From assembly GCA_035271645.1 (NCBI GenBank), contig DATERJ010000018.1, positions 17,399-81,398 on the forward strand: a DNA stretch of 64,000 nucleotides. Direction: 5' to 3'. Positions 58,837-64,000 of the stretch are shown in pieces. Position numbers and translations under genes: made by a program. Below the pieces are notes generated by a model, which made no database searches, was not told where the DNA came from, and worked only from the letters and a program-made list of their open reading frames with translations. Numbering within the stretch: position 1 is the stretch's first letter; each line of letters opens with the position of its first letter. The DNA comes from Candidatus Dojkabacteria bacterium (lineage in GTDB: Bacteria > Patescibacteriota > Dojkabacteria > SC72).

Positions 58837-59537
58837 GGGTGAACTAGTGTCCCTTCTCCTAGTATTTCCTCTAAGTCAACACTATTTTCAATATTTACAC
58901 CACCACATACAAAAAAGGAGATGTTTTTGGTTCGTGAGAATCTTGCACAAGATTTATCAATTGGAATATTTGCATTAACTTCGTGTTCATCATCTTCTTT
59001 GATTTGAAAAAGATTGAAGTAGTCTTGCCAAGTCATATCCTTTATTATCTCTGCATCTTGATATTTCCGAGGATCTTTAGTGTAGATATAGTCGATGTTT
59101 GATATCTTGTATACTCTGTTTGATGAAATAATGTCAGCAAATACTGCTGCATCCATATCTGTACTCCAACCTGGCCTTAAACCACCACTAACAAGAGCCC
59201 CTGATGCATCCGAGAGAAGGTATTCATAGGCATCCCCTAACTTCTTAGGTGTGTATATATTCTCATCTTCTAGATATCCTGCCACAAGTTCTGCACTTGT
59301 TTGTGTAACTGACATAGCAACATTATGAAGGGTATCTTGATTGTCAATATTCTCCTTTATCTTTTGATGTAAATCTCTAGAGAGAACTCCTCCTCCTGTA
59401 ACAATTACTATTTTAGAGTATTCATACTTAGCATTGTCATACCAAGCTTTTAATTTTTCCAAAAGAGAGAAATTGACATCCCTATCATTTTCATAGAGTG
59501 TAGAACCCCCTATTTTCAATACAATTTTCCTCTTCAT
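58833..59537 (-). CDS. pyrH: UMP kinase (archaeal-type amino-acid-kinase fold)
   Basis: VLKIGGS, VTGGG, GGLRPGWSTD, YTKDP. Confidence 0.8.
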   Translation of the reverse strand: MKRKIVLKIGGSTLYENDRDVNFSLLEKLKAWYDNAKYEYSKIVIVTGGGVLSRDLHQKIKENIDNQDTLHNVAMSVTQTSAELVAGYLEDENIYTPKKLGDAYEYLLSDASGALVSGGLRPGWSTDMDAAVFADIISSNRVYKISNIDYIYTKDPRKYQDAEIIKDMTWQDYFNLFQIKEDDEHEVNANIPIDKSCARFSRTKNISFFVCGGVNIENSVDLEEILGEGTLVHP

Positions 59538-59539
59538 AT

Positions 59540-60337
59540 TTACATCACAAGAATTAATATCATCGCAAGAATCACATACAATACTGGAGAGATGTAATCA
59601 GTTAACTTCGTTCTCCCTGCAAATCGAATATTCCAAATTGAGATAACAAGGTAGAACATCAATGACCCTATTGCAGGAATTATAAAGATATTCCTATTCC
59701 AAAAAAGCAGCATGGAAGCAGAGATAAATATCGAGCTAATCACAGCAGTTAAAACTTCAATACCCCCTATCCTGTCGTGTAGTTTTAATACAAATATTGA
59801 AAGGACTAAGGAAGATACAAAAGCTAGGATTGTATATTCTTGAAGAGAGACACCCATTCTAAGAAATGAGTTAAGAAGAAGATAGAGGATTGTAATACAG
59901 AGAAAATCGAAAATCGTTCTAGTTAATATATGAACAGAATAGTATCTCTTCAGAGAGCTTTTTACATTCAAAAAAAGCACTAGAAGAAGTACCATACATA
60001 CTCCCAAAACAATATTTCCTAAAATCTCATTTCTGTTAAAGTAAAGAAAGAAAAGAAGGGAGATGTAGAAGAGTGCAGGAAGGACAAAGCATGGAAAAAG
60101 CCTGTCTTTAAGAGATGCTTTCAGTAGTACATCACTGTATTTTGAAATTTTTTTCTGTGAATTATTACGGAAAACGATAATAAACCAAATTTCGAGAACA
60201 ACAAGACCCAGTATTCCCCATGCTAGAAGTATTCTAGAAGAACTAATTAAAACAAGATTATTAAATATTACTGTTACAATTAACAGAATAAAGAGAAGAA
60301 GCAAATCATTTGTTAATTCTATTTTCTCTTTCTTCAT
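59540..60337 (-). CDS. Integral membrane protein
   Basis: About 9 hydrophobic segments. Confidence 0.65.
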   Translation of the reverse strand: MKKEKIELTNDLLLLFILLIVTVIFNNLVLISSSRILLAWGILGLVVLEIWFIIVFRNNSQKKISKYSDVLLKASLKDRLFPCFVLPALFYISLLFFLYFNRNEILGNIVLGVCMVLLLVLFLNVKSSLKRYYSVHILTRTIFDFLCITILYLLLNSFLRMGVSLQEYTILAFVSSLVLSIFVLKLHDRIGGIEVLTAVISSIFISASMLLFWNRNIFIIPAIGSLMFYLVISIWNIRFAGRTKLTDYISPVLYVILAMILILVM

Positions 60338-60354
60338 AGGGCAGCTTCTTTTAA

Positions 60355-61779
60355 TTAAGTAATTATTCCAGAAAAGCCATTAAATATTGCTACTGATATC
60401 ACCAACCACCAAGCTCCAACAGTAAACAAATCACCTGCTGCTTGTTTAAGTTGTCCTTTTCTTGCATAAATAATAATTTCTATCACTAACAACACAAAGA
60501 CAAAGAGTACAATCCCAATGTTAATACCATCTTTTACACTCAGACCCATCAGGGGAATAATTTTGCTCTTACTTTCTTTAACTGGCTCTTCGTTTTGAAA
60601 GTATTCTGAAATCTCCACACTTGATGAGTTTCCTACCTCATCTGCTAAATTAATAAATACAGAGCTAGTATCTTTTTCTTTTGGTATCCTAGCTGTAATT
60701 GCCTGCTCACCTTTAACAACATCAACTGGAAGAATTTCTGAGCCCAATATTATATTTATATTATCCCACTCATCTATAATATCAAATGTCAGAATATACA
60801 GGGATTCTTGTTCCTGCACCATGACTGTTTCTAAATCTACGGTTGGTGCTGTTGAATCAATATGGAAAGACACCTCTGGAGATTTAACTTGTGTTCCATT
60901 TAGATTTGCAATAATTTTATGTTCTCCTTCACTCCAATCACTTCCTTTCTCAACCTCCCATGTATTTGTATCTGTCTTAGTACTACCAATAATTTTATCT
61001 CCTTCGAAAACATCAACTACATATTCTCCTTGAATGTTGCTTGATTCTCCTTTGACAGTCATACTTGGATCCATATATGTAGCACCACTTTCAGGAGATG
61101 TTATCTGTATACTTCTAATTTCCCCTTGTTCTTTAGGTGTGATTACTTTACTCTCTCCCGTTACAACTTTTGGTGGGGGTTGTGTAGGTGCCTTCTTAGG
61201 TGCAGGAGGTGTTGATTCTGTCGCACCCTGTACAGAACTTGTTAAATTACCAAACATCTGTACAACCAAAATCGTTTGCTTTCCTAGTAACTCCCCCTCT
61301 ACAACTGCAACTCCTATATCCCTATAATTCCCACTCATTATATTAGCCCTGTGCGTTGGACTTGCCATCCAAGCTTCTACTACACCTTCCGATGTTCTAA
61401 AACCTTTCGCTAAGTTCTCACCTGCAAAAACATATGCATAGCCAGATGCCCTTATGAATTGCCATGGTGTTTCTCCATTTGGACCAAAGTGATCCCAATA
61501 CTGTTTTGCAAGCATATCATTTGCTTTAGCTAATGCTGCTGATGCTAATTTAGAATTATTCGTTAAAGTACCCAATCCACCTGCCGTTCTTTCTTTATTT
61601 GTTAATGAAATGATATTACCTGGGGTTATAGTACTAGCGTATGCTTCTTCTATTCCCAAAAAACCACCCATTGTATTAACCAAAATCAGTAGGATTGAAT
61701 ATCCTACTATTGCAATCTTTCTTAGCAAGTACGGTTTATTATTATTATGTTCTGTTGGTATGAAATAATTTTTTATCAT
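60355..61779 (-). CDS. CAP (SCP)-domain membrane protein with Ig-like domains
   Basis: TNKER, YWDH, AGENLA, WMASPTHRANI, VQMFG. Confidence 0.9.
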   Translation of the reverse strand: MIKNYFIPTEHNNNKPYLLRKIAIVGYSILLILVNTMGGFLGIEEAYASTITPGNIISLTNKERTAGGLGTLTNNSKLASAALAKANDMLAKQYWDHFGPNGETPWQFIRASGYAYVFAGENLAKGFRTSEGVVEAWMASPTHRANIMSGNYRDIGVAVVEGELLGKQTILVVQMFGNLTSSVQGATESTPPAPKKAPTQPPPKVVTGESKVITPKEQGEIRSIQITSPESGATYMDPSMTVKGESSNIQGEYVVDVFEGDKIIGSTKTDTNTWEVEKGSDWSEGEHKIIANLNGTQVKSPEVSFHIDSTAPTVDLETVMVQEQESLYILTFDIIDEWDNINIILGSEILPVDVVKGEQAITARIPKEKDTSSVFINLADEVGNSSSVEISEYFQNEEPVKESKSKIIPLMGLSVKDGINIGIVLFVFVLLVIEIIIYARKGQLKQAAGDLFTVGAWWLVISVAIFNGFSGIIT

Positions 61780-61823
61780 GGGCTAGATATAGTTTAGAGC
61801 ATTTTGCTGAAATAGTAAACAAC

Positions 61824-61846
61824 AAAAGGGACCCGTACGGATCCCT
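61824..61846 (-). terminator. Intrinsic terminator of the HU gene
   Basis: AGGGATCC-GTAC-GGGTCCCT then T-run on the minus strand. Confidence 0.65.
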
Positions 61847-61882
61847 CTCGTCATTTCTTTATCTATAAAGAAATACCGGCTA

Positions 61883-62155
61883 TTACTTAACAGCAGACTT
61901 AAGAGCTTTTCCTGGCTTGAAAGCAGGAACCTTAGTTGCTGGAAGTTTAATCTTCTCAAGAGTCTTTGGATTAATACCTGTTCTTGCAGCTCTTGTTCTG
62001 ACTTCGAATTTACCGAAACCAGTTAAAAGAACAGAATCACCTTTCTTCAAAGCTCCTGTGATTGCCTCTAAAACAGAATCAAGTGCTGCACCTGCCTGTT
62101 TCTTTGTAAGACCTGCGTCTGAAGCAACTCTATCAATTAAATCTTTCTTTAACAT
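61883..62155 (-). CDS. hup: Histone-like DNA-binding protein HU
   Basis: GFGKF, RAARTGINPKT, PAFKPGKALK; AGGAGG SD. Confidence 0.96.
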   Translation of the reverse strand: MLKKDLIDRVASDAGLTKKQAGAALDSVLEAITGALKKGDSVLLTGFGKFEVRTRAARTGINPKTLEKIKLPATKVPAFKPGKALKSAVK

Positions 62156-62464
62156 AATTGTAACCTCCTTTCTTTATTTGATATATACATTAAATAACTT
62201 GCGAGCAAGATATTTCTGTATATCCACTTCTAAAATATGAAAAAGTGAAGCCCTAGTCAAGGGTGTAGTTAACTATAAGACACATACCCAAAAGATGAAA
62301 AAAGTTTGATATACCAACTCAATCAAAGAGATTTGGGACATAACCACTTAATTAAACTACAAACCCTAACAAAACCGACAACTTTAAAACCTCGACACAA
62401 CAACCTTTCTAAAACATCCAGAAAAACTAGAGATACTGCTACATACGCAAATTATCCTTCTACT

Positions 62465-62500
62465 AAAAGAAGAGGTAGGAATATAGTATCCCTACCTCCT
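62465..62500 (-). terminator. Intrinsic terminator downstream of rny
   Basis: Minus strand GAGGTAGGGATA-CTA-TATTCCTACCTC then TTCTTTT. Confidence 0.65.
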
Positions 62501-62546
62501 ATAGAAAACAGTACTAGAAGACAATCATTTTTCTGTCCAAAAAGCT

Positions 62547-63998
62547 CTATTTTGCAACATCCGTTGCTCTTGTCTCCCTAATTACAGTAACTTCTACATT
62601 GCCTGGATAGCTCTGACCTTTCTCTATTTCTTTTGCAATATCGCGTGCCATCACTACTGCTTCATCATCCGAGACTAACTGAGGCTTAACTATAATTCGA
62701 ATTTCTCTTCCTGCTTTAATTGCATATACATCTTGAATCTTGTCTCCACCTATCTCCTTTGCTGCAGTTTCAATACTTTCAATTCTCTTGGTATATTGCT
62801 CATAACTATCTTTTCTAGCACCAGGTCTTGACCCTGAGATTGCATCTGCCAAATATACAATTACAGCTTCCACAGACTGTGGCTCAATGTCCAAGTGGTG
62901 AGCCTCTATTGCATTTACAAGCTTCTCGTCTAACCCATATTTCCTTGCTACCTGTCCAGAAATATGATGATGGGGACTCTCAACCTTATGCGTTAAAACT
63001 TTACCAACATCATGAAGTAAAGCAGCTCTTTTGACCAATTCCACATCAGCTTTTAACTCCGTTGCTAAAACTTCAGCAACCCTTATTACCTCCATTGTAT
63101 GAGCCATCAAAGATTGTCCATAACTACTTCTGTACTTCATTTTTCCTATTAATTTCATTAACCCAACATCCATGTCAGGCCAACCTGCTTCATCTGCCAG
63201 TACCTGTCCATTCTTCTTTATCTCTGCAGAAATCTCATTCTTTGCCTTTCTAACAGCTTCTTCTATCGAACCAGGATGGATTCTTCCATCGGCTATTAAT
63301 TTTGTCATAGCAACATATGCAATCTCCCTTCTTAATGGATCAAAAGATGAAAGTGCAATGGCGTTGGGTGACTCATCTACGATAACATCAACTCCAGTCA
63401 ATTGCTCAAAAGATCGAATATTCCTACCCTCTTTACCAATTACCCTACCCTTAACTTTGTCATCATCAACCTTGATTGTTTTAGTTGTTGTCTCACCGAC
63501 ATAGTCAGTAGCAACTCTCTGCATAGACTCAACCAAAATCTTCTGTGCTTTCTCCTCAGCAACAGCCTCTATTTCCTTTTCTGCCTGCCTAATTTTCTTA
63601 GCCTCATATTCCTTAATATCCTGATCAACCTCCTTTATCAACTTTTCCCTTGCTTCTTCCTTAGAAAGCCCAGAAATTGTTTCTAACTCTTTCTTCAAAT
63701 CAGCTCTATCTTTCTCTAATCTTGCAACTCCACCTTTTAGCTTACTCTCCTGAGATTGCAACTCCTCACTCTTCTCATCTAAAAGCTTTGACCTTTTATT
63801 GAGCTTCTTCTCTCTTTCAATTAAAATCTCCTCATGTTCTGAACTCTCCCTTCTCATCTCCCTGATTCTTTTCTCCTCTCGAGATTTCATTTCTTCAATC
63901 TCTTGTTCTGCCTTCTCCATTCTATCGCCCATAACTTTTTTTGCAGCTTTCTCAAGCTCGCTTGTGGGAATATTCTTTATATTAACCCACTTTAGTCC
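62547..63998 (-). CDS. rny: Ribonuclease Y (5' end beyond the window)
   Basis: Coiled coil, KH motif GRVIGKEGRNI, HD motif LLHDVGK, ADAISGSRPGAR; frame open to the window edge. Confidence 0.95.
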   Translation of the reverse strand, partial: GLKWVNIKNIPTSELEKAAKKVMGDRMEKAEQEIEEMKSREEKRIREMRRESSEHEEILIEREKKLNKRSKLLDEKSEELQSQESKLKGGVARLEKDRADLKKELETISGLSKEEAREKLIKEVDQDIKEYEAKKIRQAEKEIEAVAEEKAQKILVESMQRVATDYVGETTTKTIKVDDDKVKGRVIGKEGRNIRSFEQLTGVDVIVDESPNAIALSSFDPLRREIAYVAMTKLIADGRIHPGSIEEAVRKAKNEISAEIKKNGQVLADEAGWPDMDVGLMKLIGKMKYRSSYGQSLMAHTMEVIRVAEVLATELKADVELVKRAALLHDVGKVLTHKVESPHHHISGQVARKYGLDEKLVNAIEAHHLDIEPQSVEAVIVYLADAISGSRPGARKDSYEQYTKRIESIETAAKEIGGDKIQDVYAIKAGREIRIIVKPQLVSDDEAVVMARDIAKEIEKGQSYPGNVEVTVIRETRATDVAK

Positions 63999-64000
63999 AT

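Noticed and set aside
62306-62581. 91-aa ORF or 6S-like RNA between HU and rny
   Set aside because: TTG start, no motif, overlaps the rny terminator; no long irregular hairpin with a central bubble found
247-63686. Numerous short antisense or overlapping ORFs in the six-frame track (e.g. 1264..1860, 7835..8320, 22358..22720, 31419..31787, 63172..63504)
   Set aside because: They are shadows of well-supported genes on the opposite strand or in another frame, with no recognisable motifs

Overview
AT-rich bacterial chromosomal segment using the standard code (TAA, TAG and TGA all end genes). The compact gene set, archaeal-type ProRS and PyrH, and many membrane-anchored orphans suggest a CPR/Patescibacteria genome, possibly Dojkabacteria; this is inference. 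Contents: a family of Cys-rich secreted WxL-like surface proteins with a DUF916-like partner (1-4.5 kb, 7.6-12.1 kb); tsaD with a TsaC-TsaE fusion; tRNA-Asp followed by about 10 kb of salvage and house-cleaning enzymes; a type I R-M locus with an embedded Shedu-like nuclease; ddl, mnmA, a minimal SufCB pair, proS, tandem dcd genes, lemA/TPM, tRNA-Glu, greA, pyrH, HU and rny. The most notable signal is a recurring architecture. Four stand-alone nuclease-like genes (two DUF3800, two CdiA-CT-like PD-(D/E)xK) lack a protein immunity gene. Each is followed at its 3' end by a convergent sigma70 promoter driving a short hairpin RNA, giving five RNA units in total. These are candidate RNA-antitoxin (type III-like) modules. 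Also unusual: a membrane-anchored protein built from EF-Tu domains II and III without the GTPase domain, and pervasive leaderless promoters. All family assignments come from motif recognition by eye, not from database searches.
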